Shown here in pieces: positions 43,320-52,387 of a DNA stretch of 64,000 nucleotides. Source of the stretch: a virus. Position numbers and translations under genes: made by a program. The DNA lies in IMG/VR virus record IMGVR_UViG_3300020192_000001, positions 3,117 to 67,116 of that record. One strand, 5' to 3'. How positions within the stretch are numbered: position 1 is the first letter of the stretch; each line of letters opens with the position of its first letter. The notes beneath the pieces were generated by a model. The model had not been told where the DNA came from. It was given only the letters and a program-made list of their open reading frames with translations, and did not search any database.

Positions 43320-43779
43320 ACGGACGGAGTGGGAATTCCACGTTCCCGGCGATCCAAAAGGCCAGCCTCGGCCCAAGGCATTCGCCCGCAAGATGGGGAC
43401 AGCCTACGTTGCCCGCGTCTATACCCCCGGCACCGCCGAAGAGTGGAAATCCGCCATCGCGACATCGGTAAAGGAAATTGGACTCGCCGGACGCATGATA
43501 ACCGGCCCCGTCAGCCTGCGCATGGAATGTGTTTTTGCACGGCCAAAAAGCCACTTTGGCAGCGGCAAAAACTCGGCACTGGTAAAAGCCTCCGCCCCGC
43601 CCCACCACACCGCCAAGCCCGATCTCGACAACATCACCAAAGCAGCCAAGGACGCGCTAACCCACGTCGGCGTATGGCGGGACGACTCCCAAGTGACGAC
43701 CGCCCACCTCACCAAATGCTACGCCGTCGGCAACGGGCCCTCTTCAACCCAATTCACGGTTTTCCAAATCTTAATCTGA
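43297..43779 (+). CDS. rusA: RusA-family Holliday junction resolvase
   Basis: VPGDPKGQPRP and KPDLDNITKA.KDAL...WRDDSQV motifs. Confidence 0.9.
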   Translation: MKLIPKDKRTEWEFHVPGDPKGQPRPKAFARKMGTAYVARVYTPGTAEEWKSAIATSVKEIGLAGRMITGPVSLRMECVFARPKSHFGSGKNSALVKASAPPHHTAKPDLDNITKAAKDALTHVGVWRDDSQVTTAHLTKCYAVGNGPSSTQFTVFQILI

Positions 43780-43782
43780 ATC

Positions 43783-44064
43783 ATGACCGAATCCCTGCTC
43801 AACACCAACCAACTCGCCGCCGCTATTGGCCGGGGGCCTGTTTACGTCTGGCTCATGAAGCGCCATGGCTATCGGTTTCTCTACGGGATGCGCACGACCC
43901 AGAAACACGCTCTCGCTTGGCTGGCCGAGCACCCGGAATTTCGGGCAACTCAGGTAAAGAAATCGCCAAAACGCACGCCGAAAGGTCTCTCGCCGTCAAT
44001 ACGATTTACAAGCAATGTGCCCAAGAATGTGCCCGAGGTCGGCTACTTTCGCCTCTGGTCGTAA
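43783..44064 (+). CDS. Small DNA-binding-like protein
   Basis: LLNTNQLAAAIGR...YV..MK wHTH-like N-terminus. Confidence 0.45.
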   Translation: MTESLLNTNQLAAAIGRGPVYVWLMKRHGYRFLYGMRTTQKHALAWLAEHPEFRATQVKKSPKRTPKGLSPSIRFTSNVPKNVPEVGYFRLWS

Positions 44065-45266
44065 TGGCGGATTCCCCTCCAGAAATCGAATCTCGCGCCT
44101 ACCAGGCGCGGGCACAGGCTGCCATTGTTGCTTGCCGGGCTGGAATCGTCAAAGCCCCGGCAGGATCCGGCAAGACAGTGATCGGGGCAATGGCGGTCTT
44201 GCGCTGGGCGGCCCCCAGGGCGCGTCTCAGCCGCCGCAAGATGCGGGTAGCCTGCCGAGCAAACACGATTGAGCAAACAGAGCAATGGGCCAAGGCGTTC
44301 TCCCGGTTTCCTCAGATTTCCGAAGCGTGCGAAATCACGATTGGTTGCTATGCGGCCGGCGCATCGGTGCAGGCCGCTGACTTGGCCATATTCGACGAGT
44401 GCCACCACATCGCGGCCATGGAGTTTCGCAAGATTCTTGATGGCTTCACGGGCTGGCGGTGGGGATTCTCCGCCACGCCGGACAGGGAGGACGAGCTTGC
44501 TCCCGACGTTTATCAGTTACTTGGTCCGATTGTCTGCGAGATCACGCGCGAGGAAGTGCAGGCGGTCGGGGGCATCGTAGCCGCCCGAGTACTGATCCAC
44601 CAGCCGAACCGGGCGAAAGAGATGGAGGAAGCCGTCCGCTTGCTCGCACAACCGATGTTCGAGGAGAGAGCGCGGAAGATGCGGGCCTATCTCAAAGGCG
44701 CGTGGGACGACAAAGAGCAAATGAGCCGCTGCATCTGGCAGTGCCTCCAAGACATCGCCATCGTCGAGAACACGGCCCGAAACAAGGCCATCGTGGAGAT
44801 CGCCAGCCAACACGCGGAGGACTCTCTCATCATTTTGATCGGACGGGTGGACCATGGCACGGCTCTTGCCCAAAGGATTCCGGGATCAGTGCTGGTGCAT
44901 TCCGGCATGACTCGCAAGGGGAGCACATCACCGGAGCGTCCGCAGGGGTGGACGCGCAAGGAGGCTCTCGTGGCGTTTTCCGCCGGCGAAATCCGCACAA
45001 TCTTTGCGACTTCTCTGGCAGACGAGGGGCTCGACGTGCCGAGGGCAAATGCCTTGATCATGGCAGCGGCCGGCCGGTCCGCCGCCAAAGCCGAACAACG
45101 GACAGGCCGGGTGCTACGCGCATACCACGACAAAACCCACGGGACAATTCACGACTTCATGGACATCCAGCATTACTTCATCGGCGCGCAATCTAAGCAG
45201 CGCATCGCCACATACCGACAACTCGGCTACGCGGTGACCTTCGCCATTGAGGAGGGCCGGCCATGA
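44064..45266 (+). CDS. Superfamily 2 DNA helicase
   Basis: RAYQ, APAGSGKT, DECHH, SATP.RED, EGLDVP and QRTGRVLR motifs. Confidence 0.92.
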   Translation: MADSPPEIESRAYQARAQAAIVACRAGIVKAPAGSGKTVIGAMAVLRWAAPRARLSRRKMRVACRANTIEQTEQWAKAFSRFPQISEACEITIGCYAAGASVQAADLAIFDECHHIAAMEFRKILDGFTGWRWGFSATPDREDELAPDVYQLLGPIVCEITREEVQAVGGIVAARVLIHQPNRAKEMEEAVRLLAQPMFEERARKMRAYLKGAWDDKEQMSRCIWQCLQDIAIVENTARNKAIVEIASQHAEDSLIILIGRVDHGTALAQRIPGSVLVHSGMTRKGSTSPERPQGWTRKEALVAFSAGEIRTIFATSLADEGLDVPRANALIMAAAGRSAAKAEQRTGRVLRAYHDKTHGTIHDFMDIQHYFIGAQSKQRIATYRQLGYAVTFAIEEGRP

Positions 45267-46921
45267 ATCTCGCCGAAAAGCTCAAAGCAAAGCGGGACGC
45301 CAAAGCCAATGGCGCCCCGGCCCAAGCCACACACCAGCTTTCTGAGGAGGAAGCACGGCAATACGGCATTTCTGAGGCCCAACCCGAAGAGCCCGAAGTT
45401 CGCGCGTCTTTGCATCAGCCTCGCAAGCGGAATTATTTACCGGAAATCCACCAGTCTCTGCCGCAGAGCGACGACGCCGAGAGAGGCGTTATCGGATCCA
45501 TCCTACTCTCTCCGACCAGAGGAATGCACATGGTGGAAAGCGCCATTGGAAAAGCACATTTCCACAATCCTGTACACCAGTTGATCTTTGGATCTTTGCA
45601 GGAAATGTTTTCCGCTGGAATCCCTATAGATCTCATCACCGTCACTCAATACCTCAACGATAAACGCCGCCTCGATGAAGCTGGCGGAGCCTCCTACATC
45701 ACAGACATCTTTGTTTTTGTTCCGACCGCATCGAACCTGAGTTACTACCTCGCACTGCTTTGCGAAAAGTTCGTGCTTCGCGAACTCATAGCGTCAGGCA
45801 CGGTTTCCGTATCTGACGCCTTTTCCGGCGCATTCACGGCGGACGAACTACTTGACCGCGAAGAGGAACGCATCCGGGCAATCCGCTCCATGGGAAGCCG
45901 AAATGGAAAACTCCCCGAGCTCGACGACATGACCATGCTCATTGGCTCGAATCTACCGGCCCCTCCGCCGGAGCTCGTACGGGGCCTTCTCCATCAAGGA
46001 TCTAAAATCATCGTTGGCGGAACCAGCAAAGGCCGGAAAACGTTTTCCCTGATGGACCTTGGCATATCGGTGGCCTGCGGGACGCCCTGGTGGGAGTTTC
46101 CCACCATCCAAGGCCGGGTCTGCTACCTCAACTTCGAGATCCAACGGCCGTTCTTCGCTAAACGATTTGAGGACATTTGCCGCAAATTGGGAGTGATGCC
46201 CAAGCCAGGCCAGTTCATGAGTTGGACGCTGCGCGGCATGGTGGAGGGTCTGGAAAAAATGAGCGACCAGCTCATACGAAGCCTCACTCAATACGATTTC
46301 TCTCTGATCATCGTGGATCCCATTTACAAAGCTCTTGGCGACCGGGACGAGAACAAAGCGGGCGACGTGGCCAGCCTCTGCAACGAACTGGAGCGCATCG
46401 CTGTGCGCACTGGTGCCGCCATAGCCTTCGGTGCCCACTATTCCAAGGGCAACCAGGCGGCAAAGGAAGCGATTGACCGTATCGGTGGCTCTGGAGTCTT
46501 CGCTCGCGACCCGGATTCCATCCTCACCATGACGCCACACGAGGAGGAAGAATGCTTCACGGTGGACGCGACCTTGCGCAACTTCCCGCCTTGTGCTCCG
46601 TTCGTGGTGCATTGGGAATGGCCGATATTCGTCCGTGACGAGATGGCCGACCCTGAGCAGCTCAAGAAGCCCAAAAAGGCCCTTGGTTCCGGCAAGTATG
46701 AAGAGAAATTCGCAGACTCCGATGTGCTCGATCTCATGCACTCCAACAACATCAGCCGATCCCCGACCGAATTGAAACGCTGGTCGATGGATCAACTGCA
46801 AATGTCGCAAAGCACGTTCAAGCGCATCTGGAAGAGGATCAAAAGTTCGGTATATCTCGAAAATCAAAACGGGCGTTTCCGCCTCTCAGCCATCTACTCG
46901 GCAACCATCACCCCAAAATGA
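45263..46921 (+). CDS. Replicative helicase: DnaB N-terminal domain fused to RepA/AAA_25 ATPase
   Basis: LPQS.DAERGVIGSIL...PIDLITV...GGASY.....VPTASN; GGTSKGRKT, YLNFE, IVDP and H.SKG motifs. Confidence 0.8.
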   Translation: MNLAEKLKAKRDAKANGAPAQATHQLSEEEARQYGISEAQPEEPEVRASLHQPRKRNYLPEIHQSLPQSDDAERGVIGSILLSPTRGMHMVESAIGKAHFHNPVHQLIFGSLQEMFSAGIPIDLITVTQYLNDKRRLDEAGGASYITDIFVFVPTASNLSYYLALLCEKFVLRELIASGTVSVSDAFSGAFTADELLDREEERIRAIRSMGSRNGKLPELDDMTMLIGSNLPAPPPELVRGLLHQGSKIIVGGTSKGRKTFSLMDLGISVACGTPWWEFPTIQGRVCYLNFEIQRPFFAKRFEDICRKLGVMPKPGQFMSWTLRGMVEGLEKMSDQLIRSLTQYDFSLIIVDPIYKALGDRDENKAGDVASLCNELERIAVRTGAAIAFGAHYSKGNQAAKEAIDRIGGSGVFARDPDSILTMTPHEEEECFTVDATLRNFPPCAPFVVHWEWPIFVRDEMADPEQLKKPKKALGSGKYEEKFADSDVLDLMHSNNISRSPTELKRWSMDQLQMSQSTFKRIWKRIKSSVYLENQNGRFRLSAIYSATITPK

Positions 46922-47469
46922 GATACACACTCACAGGACAGCTTCCCGCACACCAATACTGCTTGGTTGATAGCACCCACACCCACAAAGATCCTATCGG
47001 CTTCCTCCCTGCGGTCTGGTACGGGCTAGTCGCCTACCCAGGGCGAATGTGGGGATGCACGGTGATGCTGGAGTCTGGCGCAATTTTTCGGAACCTTCCG
47101 CCTCACGCCATTGCGTTCGATCCAGAGCCGGATGGCGTGTGGACCCCGCAGGATGCCCAAACATGGGACTGCTACGGGTGGGATTTTACGACCCTGGAAT
47201 ACGACTATCTGCGAGGCTTGGAATGTCGCGTAAAAGCCAATGGAAAAGACCACATCGGAGAATATCTTTTCACCGTTGCTCCGGTCGGGGATGCGTACAG
47301 CGCGGCTCCAGATCAGGCCAAGGAATTTACGTTCGTGAAACTGGACAACGGGTGGCTCACAATCCAGCCGACCAATCACACGGTATTCCGCGAGCGGAGT
47401 TTCACGGGCAGCCAGATGGAGTTTCCTGCCGGGCTGAAACGACAGACAACCGTATGGACCGTCGAATGA
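46918..47469 (+). CDS. Conserved-looking phage hypothetical protein
   Basis: LESGA.FRNLP.HA, WDCY, GEYLFT and LDNG....QPTN motifs. Confidence 0.7.
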   Translation: MRYTLTGQLPAHQYCLVDSTHTHKDPIGFLPAVWYGLVAYPGRMWGCTVMLESGAIFRNLPPHAIAFDPEPDGVWTPQDAQTWDCYGWDFTTLEYDYLRGLECRVKANGKDHIGEYLFTVAPVGDAYSAAPDQAKEFTFVKLDNGWLTIQPTNHTVFRERSFTGSQMEFPAGLKRQTTVWTVE

Positions 47470-47777
47470 CGCCCAGCCCCAAAATAATCATGGACACGGA
47501 ATCCGCGACTTGTTCTCCATCTTTGCGTTGGGGTAGGACTTTGCCCACCCAAAACGGATATTTCTGGTATCGGGAACATGTTCAGCACCGTGCGGTAATC
47601 TACGATGTTTCGGCCACGGCTCGCTTTGGCTTTGTTCAGAAATGGGACGGAACCACGAAGGACATCAAAGAAATGCACGGATGGTGGGCTGGGCCAATCC
47701 TCAAGCCCGATTCCCCTCCTCTTCCTTCTTTGGAGAACGTCCAGTCCAGCAACGGCGAAAAGGAGTCGCGACCATGA
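47466..47777 (+). CDS. Hypothetical cassette protein
   Basis: PTQNGYFWYR...WAGPI..P; bounded by GTTCTCC 47512 / GGAGAAC 47732. Confidence 0.6.
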   Translation: MTPSPKIIMDTESATCSPSLRWGRTLPTQNGYFWYREHVQHRAVIYDVSATARFGFVQKWDGTTKDIKEMHGWWAGPILKPDSPPLPSLENVQSSNGEKESRP

Positions 47778-47817
47778 GTGAGCCGTTGCCGCCGTTTGCT
47801 GCGACGCCTGGTTGGCC
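47732..47817 (-). repeat. attC-like site (GAGTCCAGCAACGGCG family)
   Basis: GGAGAAC...GTTGGCC. Confidence 0.88.
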
Positions 47818-47858
47818 CGTGGCAGATTTCGGGCTTGAAAATAAATAATAAAACCCGC

Positions 47859-47886
47859 TTGACGTTGCGCCACGTCGTGATACTTT
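47859..47886 (+). promoter_or_regulatory. Sigma70-like promoter inside cassette
   Basis: TTGACG-N16-TACTTT with TGn extension and A-rich UP region. Confidence 0.55.
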
Positions 47887-47932
47887 CTCACGTGTCGGAG
47901 GGAATAAATCCTTCGGCGAAACCAAAAACACC

Positions 47933-48424
47933 ATGAACAAAAAATTCCACAATCCAGCTGAGGCGGAAGCCTACGGAGGAAAAATGAAGGCTAGGGGATG
48001 GCCTGAGGTTTCAGTCAGGATCATTCCTGCCGCGTCAGCCGTGGTAAACCTGAAGCCATCCACAGCGGGCGTTGAAGCGGAAATCTCCGCATACGCCGCA
48101 AACGGCGAAACCCTCGGAACCAAGGCTCTTAATTGGGCGAAATCCTCTCCTTGGTGGGAAGACGACATCACCCACGCGGTCACTTGCCTCGGCAGTGACC
48201 TCGAAGACGGAAATGGAAATGGCGCGTCGATAACGCAAGCCACCCTTTTTCTAAAAAGGCTCACAGCGGCGATGTCGAGGGCACCAAAAATCGAAGTTCA
48301 AGTAACTCCCGAGACCCCGCAACAGTGGGAAATCGTCTGCGGTGGAGACATCGCTTCTCCCGATACTGACAGTGCCGAAACCTTTGGCGCATCAAGCGGC
48401 TCTGACGGCTGGAGATGCGATTAA
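47933..48424 (+). CDS. Hypothetical protein
   Basis: First ORF after the promoter. Confidence 0.6.
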   Translation: MNKKFHNPAEAEAYGGKMKARGWPEVSVRIIPAASAVVNLKPSTAGVEAEISAYAANGETLGTKALNWAKSSPWWEDDITHAVTCLGSDLEDGNGNGASITQATLFLKRLTAAMSRAPKIEVQVTPETPQQWEIVCGGDIASPDTDSAETFGASSGSDGWRCD

Positions 48425-48453
48425 ACCAACCAACAACCAGAACCAAAAATACC

Positions 48454-48759
48454 ATGATCATAAACACAACACCCCACGCAATTAACCTACCTGGACTCAC
48501 CGTACAGCCCTCGGGCAACGCAGTTCGAGTTTCCGTCACCCTCTCCGAGGCAGGCACCCACGACGGCATCAGCCTTGTCCGGGGCGCATACGGAGAAGTC
48601 ACCGGCCTCCCGGCAGAACAAGATGGCGTCCTCTACATCGTCTCTGCGCTGGTTCGCGCCGCCTTGCCAACCCGCAGAGACTTGGCGAGCCCCGCCAAGC
48701 TCACCCGCGATGACAAGGGCAACATAACAGGGTGTGAGGCACTGGAGGTCAATTCGTGA
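48454..48759 (+). CDS. Conserved-looking phage hypothetical protein
   Basis: IINTTPHAI, GLP...DGVLYIVS.LV, R.DL.SP and RD..G.I.GC..L motifs. Confidence 0.75.
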   Translation: MIINTTPHAINLPGLTVQPSGNAVRVSVTLSEAGTHDGISLVRGAYGEVTGLPAEQDGVLYIVSALVRAALPTRRDLASPAKLTRDDKGNITGCEALEVNS

Positions 48760-49361
48760 GAATTTCAAACTTAGGAGACAAGTTGGATGAAATCCTCGCG
48801 GCCTTGGCCGTTGCAAACCCGCGTCTGGCAGCGACCTGCCCGCCAGTGGCGTGGGCAGAGGACTCGGGGGATCGCTGGTCAATCGGCATTGACTGGTCGT
48901 ACGGGGAGCGGCCAAACGCGAAGCTGCAACTTGAGACGTTCTTAAAAAACGCTCCCGCTCCCGCTCCCGCAATCGCGGCAAAAGTGCGCGATTTTAGTTT
49001 TGCCGATCTTCGCCCACCCACGGCGGCAGACGAAGCGGCAAAGAAGGCTAAGATAGATTCAGCCATGGCGGCAAGGGCAGTCAAAGAAGCCGCAAAAAGG
49101 GAGTTTCTTGCGGTCCTTGAAACAGCAAAAGAGAAGGGGATTGTCCGGTTCTGCGGCAGTAAACTATCCGGCGACGGACATATCATCGTTTGTGGGGTGC
49201 GTGTATCAGACTCCGTGTGGTCAACGTCCGAACCTTACCGCGATGAGGAAAGATACGGGGCGCGAACAGGCATGGCGAGAAGCGACGTGTCTTACAGTCG
49301 AGAAGAGCATCCGCTAATCAGCGCGGATGAGCTACAGGCAATCATCGCATCTGAGAAATGA
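48756..49361 (+). CDS. Hypothetical protein
   Basis: GTGA-coupled ORF. Confidence 0.55.
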   Translation: MRISNLGDKLDEILAALAVANPRLAATCPPVAWAEDSGDRWSIGIDWSYGERPNAKLQLETFLKNAPAPAPAIAAKVRDFSFADLRPPTAADEAAKKAKIDSAMAARAVKEAAKREFLAVLETAKEKGIVRFCGSKLSGDGHIIVCGVRVSDSVWSTSEPYRDEERYGARTGMARSDVSYSREEHPLISADELQAIIASEK

Positions 49362-49537
49362 CCGCCCGCGAAATGCAGGCCCGCGCCACCGCGAAACGGT
49401 GGGGCGGCATGACGGCGGAAGAAAAGTCCGCCGAAATGTCCCGCGTCCGAAAAACCGGGATCAAAAACTCTGCCAAAAAGAAAGGCTCCACTCGGCGGCC
49501 CAACGACAAGGTCAGAGACGGCGGAGGTGAGGCGTGA
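49358..49537 (+). CDS. Small basic protein (absent from ORF track)
   Basis: MTAREMQARATAKRWGGMTAEEKSAEM...RRPNDKVRDGGGEA; ends in attC. Confidence 0.55.
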   Translation: MTAREMQARATAKRWGGMTAEEKSAEMSRVRKTGIKNSAKKKGSTRRPNDKVRDGGGEA

Positions 49538-49584
49538 TCTCGCGTGCAGCGTTGCCCGCCGTTCTCTGGACCGTCTTGTTGGAC
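49498..49584 (-). repeat. attC-like site (most canonical example)
   Basis: Minus strand reads GTCCAACAAGACGGTCCAGAGAACGGCGG...CCGCCGTCTCTGACCTTGTCGTTGGGC. Confidence 0.9.
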
Positions 49585-49595
49585 ATTTTTTTGTG

Positions 49596-50414
49596 ATGCA
49601 ATACCAAGATACACTCCCAAGCGTAATCCCGAAGCGGCTCCTGTGCTGGTTCTCGTGCGGTGCCGCGTCTGCGGTGGCTGCCAAAATGGCTATCGCAATG
49701 CACAAGGGGCCAGAACCTGTCGAAGTGCTTTATTGCGAACTTGCGAACGAGCATCCCGATAACGAGAGATTCCGTGGCGATGTTGAGAAATGGCTCGGGC
49801 ATCCAATCAAGGGGCTCCGATCTGCGGAGTATCCGACGATGGACATCTATCATGTGTTCAAGCGCGAGCAGTATATCAGCGGGATCGCCGGAGCAACCTG
49901 CACAAAGCATCTCAAGAGGGAGGTGCGGATGGCTTACGAAAGCCCCTCCGACATTCATGTGTTTGGATACACGGTAGATGAAGGTAGCCGCATCAGCCAG
50001 TTCGAGCGCGAGAATCCGAACATGAGGCTGCAATGGGTGCTCCGCGACCTGGGCATCACAAAGCAGGACTGCTACGCCGTGGTGAAAGATGCCGGAATCG
50101 AACTGCCTGCGATGTATCGGATGGGATACAACAACAACTGCATCGGTTGTGTGAAGGGCGGCGCGGGCTATTGGAACAAAATCAGGCGCGACTTCCCGGA
50201 CCACTTTCAAAAGGCAGCATTGGAATCGCGGCGGCTTGGTGTGCGACTCGTAAAGCACGCCGGGGAAAGATGCTATCTCGACGAACTGCCGCCGAACGCA
50301 GGGAACTACGCTTTCGAGGGTGACATAGACTGCGGGCCGCAATGCGTGCAGCCCACGAGCGACGATCTTGATATGTCCAACGCCGAGTCCAGCAACGGCG
50401 AGGAGGGCCGTTGA
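49596..50414 (+). CDS. PAPS reductase-family (adenine nucleotide alpha-hydrolase) protein
   Basis: WFSCGAASAVA, EHPDN.RF, CT..LK and P.MY.MGY.NNCIGCVKGG.GYW motifs. Confidence 0.8.
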   Translation: MQYQDTLPSVIPKRLLCWFSCGAASAVAAKMAIAMHKGPEPVEVLYCELANEHPDNERFRGDVEKWLGHPIKGLRSAEYPTMDIYHVFKREQYISGIAGATCTKHLKREVRMAYESPSDIHVFGYTVDEGSRISQFERENPNMRLQWVLRDLGITKQDCYAVVKDAGIELPAMYRMGYNNNCIGCVKGGAGYWNKIRRDFPDHFQKAALESRRLGVRLVKHAGERCYLDELPPNAGNYAFEGDIDCGPQCVQPTSDDLDMSNAESSNGEEGR

Positions 50415-50460
50415 ATCCATGATCAGGATGCCCGCCGTTTGCTGCGACGCCTGGTTGGCC
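50375..50460 (-). repeat. attC-like site (GAGTCCAGCAACGGCG family)
   Basis: GTCCAAC...GTTGGCC. Confidence 0.88.
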
Positions 50461-50501
50461 CGTGGCAGATTTCGGGCTTGAAAATAAATCAAAATAATCC
50501 C

Positions 50502-50530
50502 TTGACTCTTACCGCGTCACGCTGTAATCT
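50502..50530 (+). promoter_or_regulatory. Sigma70-like promoter
   Basis: TTGACT-N17-TAATCT with A-rich UP region. Confidence 0.6.
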
Positions 50531-50539
50531 GATTGCGAA

Positions 50540-51244
50540 ATGAAAACCACCATTACCATCACCTACAGCGTCGAAACCACATACAAGGGCAACGAGTCCA
50601 ACCCGTTTGAGAACCCAGCCAACACCCTCGAAGAAGCCGAGGCTATGTTTGCGAAATTCATCAGCTTCCCGGAAGACAATCTCATTGAGGTTGAACTGGT
50701 CGAGCTGGGCGGAGAAGCGAAATCCCTGAAAACCTGGAACCGTGAAATGAAAACCACGCCATCCAACGATAACCTACTCGCCGCCGCCTGCACCCTGGCA
50801 CACGCAGTCGATCAGCTTAAAGCCCTCGCCACTGGCGAGCTCATCCCAAATGCCTTCGCCGGAATCTGGGAAAATGAGCCAGCCATGATCGCACCAACCA
50901 TGGAGTCCATCGCCCGCCAGATCAAAGACGCTCAAACCCTGCTCGCCATAAACCAAATAACCAAAATGACCAACCATCCATATCCATTCGCCGCTCTTCG
51001 TGACATGCTCCAATGTCAGATCGGTGAAGAAAAATCAGCACTTATCGCCTGGGCTACTGACTCCGATGATGATGAACGTGCTCGCGCCGTAGAAGCAGCG
51101 TTTGGGATCAGCCGCGAAAAGTGGGAAATGCTGCAAGCTGACGCGCCTTCCGGAATCACATATCCCGCATGGGCATATGCGCTGGCCATCATGGCAGAGG
51201 AGCGCCGCCTAAAAGTAATCAGCGAAGAGGAGGACGAAGCATGA
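50540..51244 (+). CDS. Hypothetical protein
   Basis: 234 aa after promoter; internal MKTT/MTN stretches suggest fused small genes. Confidence 0.55.
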   Translation: MKTTITITYSVETTYKGNESNPFENPANTLEEAEAMFAKFISFPEDNLIEVELVELGGEAKSLKTWNREMKTTPSNDNLLAAACTLAHAVDQLKALATGELIPNAFAGIWENEPAMIAPTMESIARQIKDAQTLLAINQITKMTNHPYPFAALRDMLQCQIGEEKSALIAWATDSDDDERARAVEAAFGISREKWEMLQADAPSGITYPAWAYALAIMAEERRLKVISEEEDEA

Positions 51245-51606
51245 GCTTCGTTGATCGACACCGCCGAATAACCGCGACTAATCCTCCAACCCCAACCCCA
51301 AAAACAATGAAAACAATCAACCTCAAGCACAGCCTCGCCAGTTGCGGGAACCTCATGCCTCAACAGGATGGCGCAAAGCCCGGCTACCGGAACGGCTGCA
51401 TGACAATCGCCGTAACGGGATTGCCGGACACTGCCACGCACTCAGACGCGAAGCGAGTCGTCGAAAACGTAATGATGCCATCATGGCTCGACAATGTGGG
51501 CGCATCGCAAGCCGGAAAAAACCTCTACCGCGCCGAAAACCTCACGCCGGATCAGCTCGCCGCCGCGCCAGATTGGTATCGCGAAAAATACTGCCAACCC
51601 GCATGA
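51241..51606 (+). CDS. Hypothetical protein
   Basis: Coupled ORF (alternative start 51307). Confidence 0.5.
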   Translation: MSFVDRHRRITATNPPTPTPKTMKTINLKHSLASCGNLMPQQDGAKPGYRNGCMTIAVTGLPDTATHSDAKRVVENVMMPSWLDNVGASQAGKNLYRAENLTPDQLAAAPDWYREKYCQPA

Positions 51607-51806
51607 CCGGAGCCGAATACAAATCCGCCCGGAAGCAACGCGGCACCCAGCAGGGTGTCGCGGATGCGCTCGGTGTCGCGCTCTCAACCGTCCAGCGCCG
51701 GGAGGCTGGGGAATGGGACATCACGCCGGAAGCCGCGCTTGCGATCCTGGCCGTGAAGCTCCCCAATAAACGGGGCCTCCGCCCGCCGGCACCCCACTCC
51801 ATTTGA
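51603..51806 (+). CDS. XRE/Cro-type HTH protein
   Basis: MTGAEYKSARKQRGTQQGVADALGVALSTVQRREAG. Confidence 0.8.
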   Translation: MTGAEYKSARKQRGTQQGVADALGVALSTVQRREAGEWDITPEAALAILAVKLPNKRGLRPPAPHSI

Positions 51807-51810
51807 ATCT

Positions 51811-52119
51811 ATGACAACACCCACACCCACAGCAACCGTAACCAGCATCAACATCACCGACACTGTCCTGACCTCCAATTTTATGAACATATATCTCATC
51901 GCTCAGACACAAAATGCCAGATACGACACCTTCGACTCTGCCATCGTGGCTGCACCATCGGAACAAGCGGCCAAAGAAATCACCCCGGATGGCAATCCTT
52001 GGGATTCCCCATGGAGCGGATGGTGCTCTTCGGCAGAACACGTCACCGTCAAATTGCTCGGCACGGCGACAGAAGGCACGGAGGCCGGGGTGATTCTCGG
52101 ATCCTTTAATGCCGGCTAA
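51811..52119 (+). CDS. Conserved-looking phage hypothetical protein
   Basis: YDTFDSAIVAA.SE..A...P and GVILGSFNAG motifs. Confidence 0.7.
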   Translation: MTTPTPTATVTSINITDTVLTSNFMNIYLIAQTQNARYDTFDSAIVAAPSEQAAKEITPDGNPWDSPWSGWCSSAEHVTVKLLGTATEGTEAGVILGSFNAG

Positions 52120-52129
52120 ACAGTGACCT

Positions 52130-52366
52130 ATGAAAACCCAAAAGCAGTTCAAAAACTCGAAGCCTTACCTCGCCGCGTGCTCCATGCCTCCCGGCCTTTC
52201 TCACCACCCTGACAGGTCTCAACCTTTCAACATTACCCAATCTGAGGTTGTTTCATGGCTGATCCAGCAGCCCGACATCCTCGCCTTTATTTTCAGCAAA
52301 GCCTCCCAATCCGGTGCTATCAAATTCGACATCCCATCCCAAACCTGGGCCGGAATTAACCCATGA
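52130..52366 (+). CDS. Hypothetical protein
   Basis: MPP.L.H.....F.I.QSEVV.WL pattern. Confidence 0.55.
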   Translation: MKTQKQFKNSKPYLAACSMPPGLSHHPDRSQPFNITQSEVVSWLIQQPDILAFIFSKASQSGAIKFDIPSQTWAGINP

Positions 52367-52387
52367 TTTCCTCCAAAAATACCCTCA

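Larger units (their letters stand above)
47512..50460 (-). mobile_element. Integron-like cassette array 3
   Basis: Three intact attC sites; cassette ends GTTCTCC/GGAGAAC, GTTGGCC/GCCCAAC, GTTGGAC/GTCCAAC. Confidence 0.85.

Noticed and set aside
43329-44063. N-terminal 245 aa of the 645-aa helicase ORF, and 5764-6210 of the 399-aa MTase ORF
   Set aside because: They overlap better-supported genes in other frames; true starts are likely 44064 and 6211.
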